Of a stretch of 64,000 nucleotides of DNA, positions 47,601-60,299 are shown one piece after another (positions within the stretch are counted from its first letter, which is position 1; the number at the start of each line of letters is the position of its first letter). The stretch is from Lama guanicoe (lineage: Eukaryota). The notes below the pieces were generated by a model that saw nothing but the letters and a program-made list of their open reading frames with translations, had not been told where the DNA came from and ran no database searches. The stretch spans positions 1,780,866 to 1,844,865 of the forward strand of contig MU053379.1 in the NCBI GenBank assembly GCA_013239625.1. Direction: 5' to 3'. The translations under genes and the position numbers were made by a program.

Positions 47601-48514
47601 ACACACACACACACACATGACACAATCACCCCTCCCAGAAGAGGGTGTCAGGAGGGTTTTCTCTGTTTCTCCAGCCTTAGGTGGCATTTCCCTGGAGTGT
47701 GTGTGAGAATGTAGGGGCTGGTGGAGTTGTCTTCTCCCTGTAAACTCACTCACGCCAAGTTAAATGCTGCTGAGCAGTGAATGGCCCACCTCTCTCAGGT
47801 CTCTTCTACTCAAGGAGCGCTTCCTGGACTCACTTCTTCCATCTTCTATGACCCATTAAACCTCAGCAGCCATTTCACAAGGCTTCCCCAGCCCGCCCTG
47901 CACACAGACGTCCAGCCCAGGCAAGATCGGGGCTGGGACTTGGCCTGGAGCTGCAGAGGCTGAGAGCAAGGGCTGCCTTTTGCAAACTTGCGTAAAGCTG
48001 CTCCCACCCGTCTTCCCCATCCGTGCACCCAGGGCGGCGGGGGTGCTCTCTGCCGTTGGGACAGAGGTGCTGTGTGGGCCTGCAGTGGCCCAGGTCCCTG
48101 TGAGGCTCGAGGGAAACATTTATTTTCACTACGATGCTTACCTTCATCTTTCAGAGTGAATGTTGCAGAAACAAAGCTCAGGGCCCCTCCCTGTCTGGGT
48201 GCCTGGTGTGCTCTCTGAGCATCCTGGGTCCCTGTGTCTTCACGGTTCCAGCATCCGGGGAGCTGGAGCTCTGCGCCTTCTTCCTTCACTGTTTCTGTCT
48301 CGTCTGCACTCTCACCTCATGTCTCCTCTGGTCCGGGTTCCTGTCACCTTGCACCTGCACCTTCTGGCCCCTGCCCCACCAGCCCCTCACCACTGACCCT
48401 TCCGGCACGTGGCACTGAGCTGTGCTTTCGGAAGCGGTGCCATGATGGGGCAGGTGCATGCCCCACCGAACATCTGCCAGTGTCTCCCGCTTCCCCACGG
48501 CATCCGCGGGGCCT

Positions 48515-48860
48515 TTGCTAGGGCCGCTACAACAGAGGTGCCCTAGACGGAGTGGCTGAAATGACAGAAGTTCTTTCTCACGCTTCTGGGGGCTACAAAG
48601 TTCACGATCATGGAAGCTTCCGTGTCCAGTGAGGACTCTCTTCCTGGGTCATAGACGGCAGTCTTCTCGCTACGTCACCACGTGGTGAAGGGGTGAGGGG
48701 GCTCTGGAGGGGAGGTCTTTTTCTAAAGACGCTGATCCCCCTCTGGAGGGCTCGACCCTCACGCCCTAATCGCTTCCCCATGGCCCAAGTCCTTTGACCC
48801 TCACCCTGGGGGTTGGGATTTCAGCATGTGAATTTGGGGGGACATAAAGTGAGACTGACC
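48515..48860 (-). mobile_element. MLT1A0-like MaLR LTR
   Basis: ttgctagggccgctacaaca...gtgaggactctcttcctggg...gtcttctcgct...tcaccctgggggttgggatttcagcatgtgaatttggggggaca. Confidence 0.8.
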
Positions 48861-49759
48861 CCTGAAGCCTGCACTCCAAGCTTACAGACTCTGGCTGCAG
48901 CCTGCCTTGCAGGTGGAGAGCCAACTGCATGGCCTGGAGGGTCAAAGCAACACCTGGATTAGGAGTGAATTTGACAGGACGGAGCCCGGGGTGACACGCC
49001 AAGGGAAGTGACAGTTTCTCTCATTCTTTCAGCCGTTGTTTGGTGCTCGCACAATGGCAGACCCTCAAATATTTAATCTGACCCCTCTCTCAAGGCCTAA
49101 CTCAGCTCCTAGCCCTTCATCCTTTATCTGATGGTGAACTTTTCTTTTTTAAAACTTATAATTTAAATTGAATTAAATTTAATATGATGTAATTCAACCT
49201 ATGTGTATTGGGGAGCCTCCCTCTCTGTTGGTACCATGTGGAGTTGTATAAGGCCCTGCACCTGCCCTGGAGGCTCCTGGAGCCCATTGTGGAAGTGGGA
49301 TGTGTAAGCACTGGATCCTGCCGCCCGTGGGAGGGGCTCTCAGGAGGCCGCCGCAGGCTCCGGGAAGGGGACACCGGCTCCGGCTGGCAGGGCTGGGACG
49401 CAGCACACACCAGAGGTGGCTCGTGCATTCACCTTTGGAAATTAATTGCTGTTGCAAAAGTAGTTCCTGGGTTACCTTCTGCTTGTGACAGTGTAAGCAC
49501 CACAGGTAATGCTCATATCCTCTTGAGCCCCCGACTCTGTCCCCAGCGTCTGTGGCCCTGTCCAGAAGCCACAACATAATCGCTTGGCCGTGTCTATTTC
49601 CATGCATTTTTCTTTATCTCTGGTGAACATGTGGTCCCTCACTGTGCTTCGATGGTCTCGATCCGTGTAGTTCGCTTGGGGTCTTGCTGGTGCTCATTCA
49701 AGGACGGATGTGAGAGGTTGGTCTGCCACTTCCTTTTTAAGGTCAGGCTGGCATCGCTG

Positions 49760-50236
49760 AGTGTCCTGTGCAGGCTCTGATGCCTTCCTCACCCCTCCCT
49801 GCTCTGCTTTCATCTTAGGGGGTCGCGTTCCCATTCCCCAGCTCCCTGGCCCTCTGACTCCCAGGATGTGCAGGAGGGAGAGGGGGAGGAGACAGGTGGG
49901 GGTGGGGCCGGGGGGGCAGAGGGAAAGAAGGGCATCTCCTCCCTTCCAGCGCCCCTCCCCTCCCCTCCCCTTCAGTCAGCCTCCATGGCTGGGACTCCCT
50001 TCCTGCTGGAAGCCCCTCCCTCCTGGCCTGGCTCTTGAGCTGGTAACACCCCCTTCTCCCTTGGCCCCTCCCATCCCAGGGTTGCATTCAGCTTCCTGCC
50101 CTTGCTCATCTCTGGGGTGCCCCACCAGCCCCCTCAGCCTTCCAGCTACTCCATCACCGGCACAGCCAGTTCCCTGTATTAAACTCCCTCCATTTGAAAT
50201 GCCTGGGGTGGCTTGCTTTCCTCGCTGTTCTGACTC
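49760..50236 (+). mobile_element. LTR33-like ERVL LTR
   Basis: cagcttcctgc...tgctcatctctggg...tccatcacc...ttccctgtattaaactccctcc...ttgaaatgcctggggtgg, resembling the LTR33 3' end as recalled. Confidence 0.65.
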
Positions 50237-52239
50237 CTTCCTCCGGATATATCAGAGGCGATTTTGCTTTTTCACCCTTCCCGTCGGTTTGGGCATTTGC
50301 GTTGTCTCCGTGGTTTTTCCGTCACAAGTGGTGCTGGCGTGGAGCATGCCTGAACATGGCTCCCGTGGCCTGTGGTGGAGTCGTTTCTCTCGGGGACACT
50401 AGGCGAGGGTCCACCGGCTCCATTATCTCCCTTTCACACTGAAATCTGTTCAGGTAAGCTCTGGGTGCCAGATGCCTCCAGGTCCCAGCAGTACGTATAG
50501 AGCAGAGTTTACTGAGTAACTTGAATAAACGAACGAATGAAGAGTGGATTCCATTTGCAGATGGAGCAGCATTGCCCGGCTGACCTCAGGTGAGGCACCC
50601 CGGGCCTTTTGGCTCCGTACTGGGCTGACCTTTTCACCTTGAGCACAGTCCAAGGGCCCCTTGTCCTGGAGAAGCGGCTCCAGGAACCAGGGTCTGTAGC
50701 TTTGCTCAGGATCCAGACCAGCCCTGTGTCCAGGAGCGATGATGTGGCCGTGTGAACAGGAGACACAGAGAAAACTCTCCAGTTTCCCTTTAGTAGGGCT
50801 TAGGAAACCAGGCGTCTGCTGCGATTCGGGAGGATGTTGTGACTTTGAGGGTGGGCGCCGCTGTCCACAGTGAGCGATGTGGGTTAAGAGAGAAAAATAA
50901 GTCAGGGGGATGCAGGCAGCTCCTGCCTGTAGAAGCCTGGGGTCCCCATCCCTCCCTAGGGAGGTGACGGGCTGGCCCATATTTCATTGTATAAGCTTCT
51001 ACCCCCACCCCACCCCCACACAATATTTCTAGATAAAGAGACAAACAAACTAAAAATGAGCACCAAGGGCATATTGAAAGGCCAACAGATGTGACAGAAA
51101 AGACCTACCACCAGGGAGGCAGGTGGGGAAAAGGAGGGCGAGTCCTCTGGGGACAGCGGACATTACAGCGCACTGTCTGCAGGTTTATAAATCTTAATTC
51201 TTAAAAACTAGTTGAGCTGGGAGTCGAGTTGCTCCCTTTTCTTCCGTCGGCTGCTATTCCCCAGGGAGCTGCCTGGACTTCAGACACTTCCACACCCTAC
51301 AATTGACTTTAAAAAGGAGCAGGAATCATGCTAGGCGGCGCTTGGCCTGAGATGAGGATGCTGAGAAACTATGGCAACACAGCCGGCTTGGGTGAGCTCG
51401 GTCCTCGCAAGCACCACAGGGCGGAGATCACACTGTGTCCCCTTCTGGGGAGGGGTCTTCAGATTTTGAGTTTAGGGCCCCTCCAGGTTTCAGGAGCTGC
51501 GGCGCTGTCTTCCTTCCCCTCGCTTGCTCGCACGCACGGCAGAGCTCTTTCTGCGGCGGGGGCGCCGTGGCCAGCCAGGCCGGGAGCGGTGAGGACGCGG
51601 TGGGGGTGGAGGGAGCAGGACCTGGTTGGCCGGGGGGCACTGTCTGCCCCCTCCCTGCTCGGCCGCCTGCCCTCACCTGCTTTGCCGTCTGTAAGGCATC
51701 CCGGAAAGGGATTTCATGAGAATTACCTCATGGCGGGCATGGGGCTGCTTTGCAGTCACGGGAGTCTGTGCTCTCCTGGGTCCCACGTCTGCTCAGGTCA
51801 CAGTCTGAGCTCAGCCCGAGGCATCTGAAAGCCGGCAGGGCCAGGCTGGAGCTTGGGGTGCAAACTCGACCCCTCAGGCGCCTCCTGGGGCGGTGCCCCG
51901 TCTCTGGGGCGGTGTCCCGTCAGGACACACGCACGCACGGTCATCTGCATGATGCTGACGGCCTGAGCGCAGCGTGTGGCTGAATGCAGCTGGACTCAGA
52001 TTTGCCCCCCGTGAGCAGAAAACTGGGCAGAGGTGGGGGAGGGGAGTCCTACAGCCGTCACAGGGGTTCTGATTCACTCTCCTCCCCCCGAGCCTCACCT
52101 CACCCGACTGCAGCCCAGGCTCCCGGACTTCACTTCCGGAGCCTCAGCCCCCAGCCATTTTCTTTGCCGCCTTCTGTTTTCAACCCAAGTTGGAAAGGAC
52201 AAGGACGCTTTCACTGCAGAGAGAACGTGATTCATTTTG

Positions 52240-52900
52240 TTACTTTTTAAAACTTAAAAAGTATGTGTATGTATATTTAAAATATATATATATATATATA
52301 TATTAAGCTTCAAAATATGTACACACACGGGAAAGTGCGTCTCCCGTAAGCGTGTGGCTCGGGGACTTTGGCAGACGGAACAGCCGCTGAGAGATCAGGT
52401 GTCCGAGCGGGACCTGCAGCATCGAGGCCCCTCATGGTCCGGCTGGTCGCCCCACGAGGCAGCGCTGGCAGCCTCTGAGCGCTTGGTTTGGCCTGTTTCT
52501 GTACGTGATTCCGGTGTCACCTGTGTAGAGATTCTTTTGCTGAATATCATGCTTGAGAGATGCACCTGCATCGTCTGACTGGCTGTAGATTATTCGTTAC
52601 CATTGGCACTTAGTATCTTACGGTGCGAACTGAGGAAGACTGAGTCCTCTCCAGGGTTTGTTGAGTTGGAGTCACTCTGTTCAGAGTGTTCTCGTCCAGG
52701 CCTTTCCCTGGTCACCTGCGTGTGCTTTGATTAGGTGTGTACCCCCGGCCTGGAACCATGGGGTCTTGGGATGTGCCTGTGCTTGGCTTTTGTAGATACC
52801 AGTGAGCAGTTTTCCAAAGTGGATGTGCCTGGGTGGGTTGTGACTGGATTTTAAGTAAAGCGGACAGTTGAGTTTGAACTTTGTGGCCCCACTGTTGGAC
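52240..52900 (-). mobile_element. Ancient L1 3' region, GC-enriched, with (AT)n
   Basis: aaaatatgtacacacacgggaaagtgc...; ttttgctgaatatcatgcttgagagatgcacc; gcagttttccaaagtggatgtgcc. Confidence 0.6.
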
Positions 52901-53219
52901 TGAAAGGCTTCACGGGCACAGCCTCGCTGGCGGGGTGGGGTGCGGGCTTCTGGGATGGGGAAGCCAGCACCGGGCCGTCCTCCCCTTGTTTGGTGTTGAG
53001 ACAGGAGGTGGCCGGACAAGAGCCACACCGAAGACACACGCCTGGCCTTCTCCAGCCTGAGACAACAGCCACGGTTGTCATCCCTGTCACTGAGCCTTCT
53101 CTACTCCTCCTGCTCCCCCCTCCCCTCCACCTTCTCCCCTTCCGCCTCCTCCTCTTCATCCACTTCCCGTCCCCTCCTCTCAGAACTTCTCCAGAAAGGA
53201 GTTGTTCCCATCCCTCACC

Positions 53220-53649
53220 CACCACACACACACGTGTACACCACACACACCACACACATCCCCCACACCAGACACACACACCACACACTCATCTCACATA
53301 CACACACCACACACTTACCACACGCACTCACCGCACATCTACACATGCTCATACACACCCCATACACTCACCCCATAGACATGTCCCCACACCACACACA
53401 CCAGACACATCCACCAGCACACACACACCACACACTGCACATATACACACCACACATACAGACACCACACACTCACCACACGCACATCCCCCACACCACA
53501 CATACCACACACTCATCTCACACACACGCATTCCCACACATACCACACATCCTCACCACACACCTACACATGCACATATACACCACATACACATCTTCCC
53601 CTACCACACACATGTACGACACACACCAGACACATACACCGCACGCTTA

Positions 53650-53682
<33 letters not shown>
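53220..53682. repeat. Degenerate (CA)/(CACAC)-rich tract, ~460 bp, preceded by a C/T-rich tract (~53095-53185)
   Basis: Directly visible cacacaccacacacac..., ending in a pure (CA)n run. Confidence 0.97.
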
Positions 53683-53684
<2 letters not shown>

Positions 53685-56600
53685 CCAGTGGGTGGGCAGC
53701 CCTGGGGGCAGGAGCGCAGCGGGGAATCAGTGAGGGGAGGAGGGTTAATCCCACGGGAGGTGTGGTCGTAATGAGGGAGCCCTTCAAAGAAAAGCTTTTT
53801 TAAGGAAAGAAACAGTAAGAACCTATCTTCCCAAAGTCACCATGTCTGAGGCCGGCCTGGAATCGCCAGGGGACCTTAGGGAAAGGTGATGGGGGCCCCT
53901 CCTCCCCGGGGGCGGCCCCACTCGTGTCCCCACTCAGGGTCCCAGGGCTCGGAGGGCAGCTGGGGATCTGGACACCCCCGGCTGTGTCCCCAGCCCTCCT
54001 GGGACCCCTGTTTGGGGGTGTTTCTCTGGGAGTGGAGGCTGCACGCATGGTAACTGTCCCCACACGTGGGTCATGTGCCCAGGGACCTCTGTACAGACCA
54101 GCTCAGCTGGGCCCAGGGTCCTGCTGGCGACCTGGGACCCTGGGGGCTCCATCCTGGTGCTGGGGACCCCAGGCCATGCGGCCCTGGTCCAGGGCCGGAC
54201 ACAGGGGTGTCCTGGGGGGAGGCCCGGCCAGGGGTGAGCACCTGTGTAAACCTCTCCCCTGGACACTGCAGAGCCCAGGGCTGGGAAGCCACCCCTTGGG
54301 CACTGGGGGTGGGGGCAGCACAGCCCTCGTGCGGGCTCATCCTCCATCTCCTCCACCTCCTCCCTGCACCCACCCCAGGACCTTAGAGAGTCCGTTTAAA
54401 GAGGTGTGGACGCGGTGGTTATCCCGTCATGTTCTATCCATCTGATGTCTTAGAAGATTCTGTTGACCCACAGGTTCGTATTAGTAAAGCATTCGTCTGT
54501 TCATTCCCCCTGAAAATTTTCAAAGGCACACATACCTGCTTTTCGGGGCTTCGGGTCACCCTGAGATAATGGTGCCGCCCCCGACTTTATATCCTTCAAC
54601 TGAGCTCAGGGGCGGGAGGCGCAGCCTCTGGGAGCAGCTCTGAGGTGCCGGCGTTTGGAATCTGCATACAGACCCTTGATACTGCCTCGTCCTGCCCCTC
54701 GGCGAGGGGTGGCTCTGGAACGTGCAATTCCGTGGCGAAAGCAGACCTTCCAGTGCTCTCGCACTTGGGGTGCTGGGAGCTCCAGGGACAGTGGTCACCT
54801 CTGTGTAGGGAGGGCTGAACTCCGGGTGTGCAGGTGTGCCACCCGGCTCGGGGAGACCAGGAAAGCGCGTGTGGGTGCTGCCCGCAGTAACTCGCCCTCC
54901 TCGGGAGGGAGCAGGTGAATCGGGGGTCAGAAACCCCCTCTGCAGGCTGTCTGCTCTCTGCTTGGCAGAGCCCAATTCCTGGGCAAGCGAGTTACTGAAG
55001 GAGGGAAGCGGGATAAGGCAGGGTTGGCCGGGGATGGGGACGCAGGCTGAGCTGGGAGGTCATCTCTGCTGGTGTCAGCCGACCCCAAGGGATGCTCCAG
55101 AGCAGGCTGCATCCCTGAGCTGATCCTGTCTGGGGGCAGCGGGGCTGCCTTTTACAACCCCAGTCATCCACTCGCTGGCCCCTGGCGGCCCCTGGCATGG
55201 AGGCGGGGGCAGGGTTACCTGGCAGGTGAGACAGCAGCTCTGGAGAAGGGGTCGGGTGAGAGCCAGCCTGGGTGGGGTCCGCAAGGTGAAGGGGGTCTGG
55301 GTAGGTACCAGAAGTGAGCACTGTGCCATCTGTGGAACCGGCCAGGGATGGGCCACCACCTCTCGCAGCCCTGTCCCTGTGAGCAGGGCCCTTCTGGAAC
55401 TGCTAGTTTGGATCACGCCCCCTGGACAGGTCTGTGGGACCCTGCTAGGACCTTGAAGTAGGTTTTGGGAAAGCAGACCAGCTGGGTCCAAAGTACCAGG
55501 AACGTGGGCAAAGCCGGGCGTCAGACACGGGGCTGTGAGAATCAGATGGGGCTTGGGGGCTCCAGGGGTTTGGGGAGGCGGTCCTGCCTGAGGCCTGTCA
55601 AAGCTGACAGCTGTACCTTCTTGCTTAGTCCGTGGGCTCTGAGGCGCCAGGGTCCGTGCAGATGCCAGGCAGGCTGTGGAGACTCCCTCGGGGACCACCA
55701 GGACCGCAGCTCTGCACCGCTGCCCCCACCACCCCTGCCACCCCCGTGCCATCCCCGCTCAGGCTGGGACCCTCTCTCAGGATGGCCTGGCTCCCCTTTC
55801 AGGCCATTTCTCCGTTCCTCCATTCTCGAGGTGGGGCTGTGGGTCAGGGAACCCTCTCCTCGTCTCACTCAGGTAGGGGCAGGCAAGGCTTGTAGGCGGA
55901 GCTTCCTGGGGCGGCACTGACGGGTAGGTAACAGCGATGCATGGCCAGCACGTGGTTGGTCTGTGTGGGCGATACTTCCAGCTCCATCCCTTCTCATGGC
56001 TCTGATTTCAGGGCCTTTGGAGCTCTTAGCTCTCGGTGAGGGAGGTGGTGATGAATAGTGAATCAGCATCCTCGGACAATGGGGGTCATTTTACTGCAGA
56101 ATGGCTGTCCTTTGTCTCTCTGGCAAAAGGGTGCTGAGAAATGAATGTCAGGGGCTGTGGAAATGCTGCATAGTAAGTGAACTTGATCCCACCAGGCAGC
56201 AGGCCTGAAAGGCTCCCTCTGACTGACCCAGTTATGCCTTTGCGGTCCCTAGACGGGTGCTTTGGGAAAAGTGTTTGGCTTAAGCGTCTCCCTCTGTGCC
56301 CTGGTGCTCCCTGATCTCCACCATAGACTTTCATCTTAATTGGGAGTTTGTGGTTTGAGTATTAACACTCAGAGGATTTCCTGGAAAAGGCGGAGGAAGG
56401 GACGTGACCTGTGCCATAGGGAAGGGGTGTCCTGGCGTCCCAGATCCAAGAGGAAGATTAGTTTACAGCTCAGCGGGAGGGGTGGCAGCTTAGTCTGGAG
56501 TCATTCTGCGTGGGCCCCGATGGAGTAAATAAGGTCCCCAGTGTTTGTGTGTTCAGCTTTGTTCATTCATCCATTGAGCTAACAGAAGGTGTGGGATGAG

Positions 56601-57899
56601 GTCAGTTTTGCTGGTGCTGTTCTGAGGTGTCCCGTGTGGGGCTGGGCCATCGAGGTCCGGGCTTTGGGAAGGAGCTGTTCTTCACTCTTTCCCAGGACGT
56701 TGCCGCACGCAGCTGGGGCTGCTGGTGACGTTTTCTACACAGTGCAGTGTTCAGGAAATACAGGTCCATCTTTAATTTTCTCTCTACATTTGTGGGGGTA
56801 AGTTCCTTTACTCCCTGTTAAATAATAATTTTCTGAAATGTTAAACCTTAACTCATGCAGATGCACAATGAACACGTTAACAATTTTATTGAACTCATTA
56901 TGGATGAGGAAACTGGGGAGATGTTACAGACATTTCAGAGGAGCATCCAAAGAGCAGACACAGGTATAGGTCAGGAATATTGAGATGAATGTGCCAAACT
57001 GGTCTCTTCCACAGTGGGGGACAGAAGTCAGTTGAACCTACTGAACAAGTTTGCACACACAGACAATAATTATTTTGTATCCCTGTCAACTTACAGAATT
57101 GTAAAGTGACTCAAGGGCAAAGGAAAGATAGAATCGGACAGCTTGGAAATGTGTCATGTAGGCAACGCTTAATTTTCTGTTGAAGTGCAAATTTTCCCTT
57201 ATACTTTTCATAGTAAAGTTCAGAATTTTAAGCATTAAACCTGCTCAAAAAGTGCTTTTCCCATTTCTTTTTAATGTATGAGTAGCAATGATAAAGTGTT
57301 TTTGTTTGTTTTTCATTTTGGGATACTAAATGTCTGTTCTTGTGATACTAAAGCAAGGCTATTACCCTCCAAATAACTTGAAGAGGTATTTTGGGAGAGA
57401 ATTACTGAAGTTACCCTGGATAGTTTCCCAGGACCTATATTAATGAGTAGAAAGTGTGATTTATAAGATATATGTATAAGACTTAAAAGATATTGGGTAT
57501 ATGAATAACATTGGAGTGGTGAATCTGTGAACCAGAAATGAATTGCCTCAAATAACATAGAAGGTTCCAAATCGTAGCTGGTGTGGGGTGGGTGATGAAA
57601 GGTGGGGGACAGGACAGTTGCAAAAACATTACTGTATAATTCTGGAACACAGTTCCCTCTAAAATAATTGAAAATTTCATCATGTGTTATTTTTTTAATC
57701 TCTGAAAACTTTAAATGTGATTTAATTGAAGCCAACGCTTTTCACAGTTCAGAAGGACCCAGAATCCTAGATGCTTCTATCTTGTCTGCCTTTCTGAAGT
57801 TCATCCTGAAAAAGTGTGCATCGTTATGAAAAATGGAAGGACTGGGGAATTTGTGGAAGAATTTAACTTATACAGCCTCTTCCAGCTTATTGTGAAAAC

Positions 57900-58880
57900 A
57901 TTTCCTCTTGACCCTTCTACTGTAGGGTGTCATCGCTGACCCATGACATTGCTGACCCTCCTCTCCTGTTGGAAACCCATCCCTTCTTTTCTTGACTCTC
58001 TACAGTCCCTGTTTTGTTTTTTTTTAAGTCACTGGGGCCAGTCTCTGTCCTTCACTGGCCCCCCTTCTACCCTCTGTCCATGTGCTCCCAGGACGCCACC
58101 CCAGGGACAGCGCTCCTCTCTCCGGCCACCTCCCCCGGACACTGCATCCTCCTCCAGAGAACCCGTTCCCACCCTGGTTCACACGGTCCTGATCTTCCCT
58201 CTGCTCCCGGAATACCACGCCGACATTTCCAACTGACTGGACATCCCCCCTGCGTATTCTCAGTACATCTAAAATGCACATGATCAAGCTGCTTCTAGTG
58301 AAATGTTGCTCTTTTTTGAACTTATTCTTCCACCCACCTACCAAATGCTGCTTGTCTTCCCAGCGTCTCTCCTCTGTGGTCTTTCATTCCATGGTTGCAC
58401 CAAAGTCCAGCCTGTCGTCCCGTCATCACCGAATCGTAGCCTTGACTTCTGTGTTGATGTTAACTCTGCCTTCCTTTTGTGCCCTGAGAGTGGGTATCAG
58501 GAGCCAGACCCTGAACCCATGCTGAGGGTCCGCTGGGAAGGCGGGCAGCAGCCAGCCAGCCACACTATCAAGTGTATGAAGTCAGAAGGCGAGCTAAGTG
58601 CTGGGAAGAAAGTCCTGCAGGAGCACGTAGTCGGAAACCCTGAGTTAGTCTGGAGGGCCAGACAAGGCTTCTCAGAGGACGTGGTCCCCGGGAGAGCATC
58701 TGAGGACAAGCAGGCACTGAGCACACGAAGGCGAGGAGCCCAATGTTTCCCAAGTCCTGGAGGTGGTGGCAGACATGGTGCATTGAACAGACTGAGGGTG
58801 AAAGACCCTCTGGGGGCAGAGTGATGTGGGGTGAGCTGTGGGCGGGCAAAGGCAGGGACAGGCTGGTGCTGTGTTGCCGT
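57900..58880. mobile_element. Degraded L2 fragments in both orientations
   Basis: atgacattgctgaccctcctctcctgttggaaac...; ctggagggccagacaaggcttctcagaggacgtgg...gcatctgagga. Confidence 0.55.
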
Positions 58881-58896
58881 GAGCATTCAGGTGTCA

Positions 58897-59030
58897 GTGG
58901 GGAGGCTAGAGCTCAGCGGTAGAGCACATGCTTAGCATGCACGAGGTCCTGGGTTCAGTCCCCAGTACCTCCATTAAAAAATAAATAAACCTAATTACCT
59001 CCCCCCAGTAAATAAATAATTAAAAAAGTA
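58897..59030 (+). mobile_element. tRNA-Ala-derived SINE (Vic-1-like) with near-intact Pol III A/B boxes
   Basis: ggggaggctagagctcagcggtagagcacatgcttagcatgcacgaggtcctgggttcagtccccagtacctcca; TSD attcaggtgtc (58885-58895) / attcagatgtc (59031-59041). Confidence 0.95.
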
Positions 59031-59047
59031 ATTCAGATGTCTGCTTG

Positions 59048-59630
59048 GACGGACCTTGAGGGCATCATGCTAAGTGAAATAAGACAGATGAAGATGAATA
59101 CTGTGTGACCTCACTCATATGTGGAATCGAAAAAAGCCAAACTCATAGAAACAGAGAAGAGTGGTGGTTGCCAGGGGCTGGGGGGAGGCAGAGAGGGGAG
59201 CTGTTGGTCACAGGGTACACACTTCCAATTAGAAGACGAATAGGTTCTGGGGACCTCATGGACAGCCGGTGATTCTAGTTAACACTGCTGTATTGTATGC
59301 TTGAAAGCTGGGGTGAGAGTAGACTTTGAATGTTCTCGCCACGCATGCACCCATGTGGGGTGAGGGACGTGCAAACTAACCTTACTGTGATCATCATTTT
59401 GCAACATACACGTGTACCAAACCATCCTATTTTGCACCTTTTTTAAAGAATTGAAGTAGAGTCCATTACGATGTGACAGTTTCTGGTGTGCAGCACACTG
59501 TCCCTGTCATGCACGTACATACATATATTCGTTTTCATATTCGAAGTTACACCCATGCTCTGTATAGGGCTGTTGTGCGCCTTAAACTGACACCATGTTC
59601 TGTGTCCGTTATATCTCAATAAAGTTGGAG
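59048..59630 (+). mobile_element. L1MA-like 3' end with a nested antisense lineage L1 tail (~59441-59567)
   Basis: ggaccttgagggcatcatgctaagtgaaataag...gtggtggttgccaggggctgg...tatctcaataaagttgg; insert flanked by ctattttgcacctt / ctgttgtgcgcctt. Confidence 0.85.
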
Positions 59631-60299
59631 AAGAAGAACTCAGGTGTCTATCCTCAGAGCAAAGGGGACTCTCTGAAGGGCTTAAAGCAGGAAGGAAGTA
59701 ACATACCCAGATAAGCCTTTTCAAAAGGTCACTGTGACTGCTGTGTGATGCCCAGAAGACAAGGTAACCTGAAAATCCTCCTGACCCAAAACAGCAGGGA
59801 GGCTGGATAACATCGTCGCCAAGCTGAGCTCCCTGGGAAGTGAAGAGACACCACGTTGGAGCTGTCGCTAAAGAGCCTGCTGGATACCCAGGGAGCGCAC
59901 TGGCCCCGACGGCCTCGTCCTCCTGCTGGCCATTTGCCCATCTCAGTAACCAAGATGTGACTTTAAAGCCACCCAGGGACAGAAGACAAGGCTGGGGTGT
60001 AAGTGGACTGGAGAAGTTTTCTGACATGGAAGAGGCACCCTTTGATCAGTAAAAAGGGGACCACATGTTAAATCTCCCCACAAAAGACCGTGCTGGGAAG
60101 TTTGTCTCTTTTGATCTGGGCTTTGGGTGGGTCTATGGGGATGTGTCTCCTCCAGAAACATCTTACCATGGAAATGCCCCAGGTTGGTTTGGGACCTCTC
60201 TTTACATGACCAAGAAATTAACAAAATGATGAGCCCCACACTGGTCGTCACCCTGGGATTTCTAGAAGAAGCATCACAATTTTCTCTGAAATTCTAAGT

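Noticed and set aside
57313..57735. 140-aa minus-strand ORF in AT-rich unique sequence, faintly like a hAT transposase C-terminus (EIFNYF...ELYSNV)
   Set aside because: Non-ATG start, lacks the diagnostic ERxFS motif, and no family can be recognised.
59250..59265. gacctcatggac, resembling the start of SLC24A3 exon 2 (DLMD)
   Set aside because: Lies inside an L1 3'UTR, has no acceptor, and the following sequence does not encode the NCKX3 peptide.
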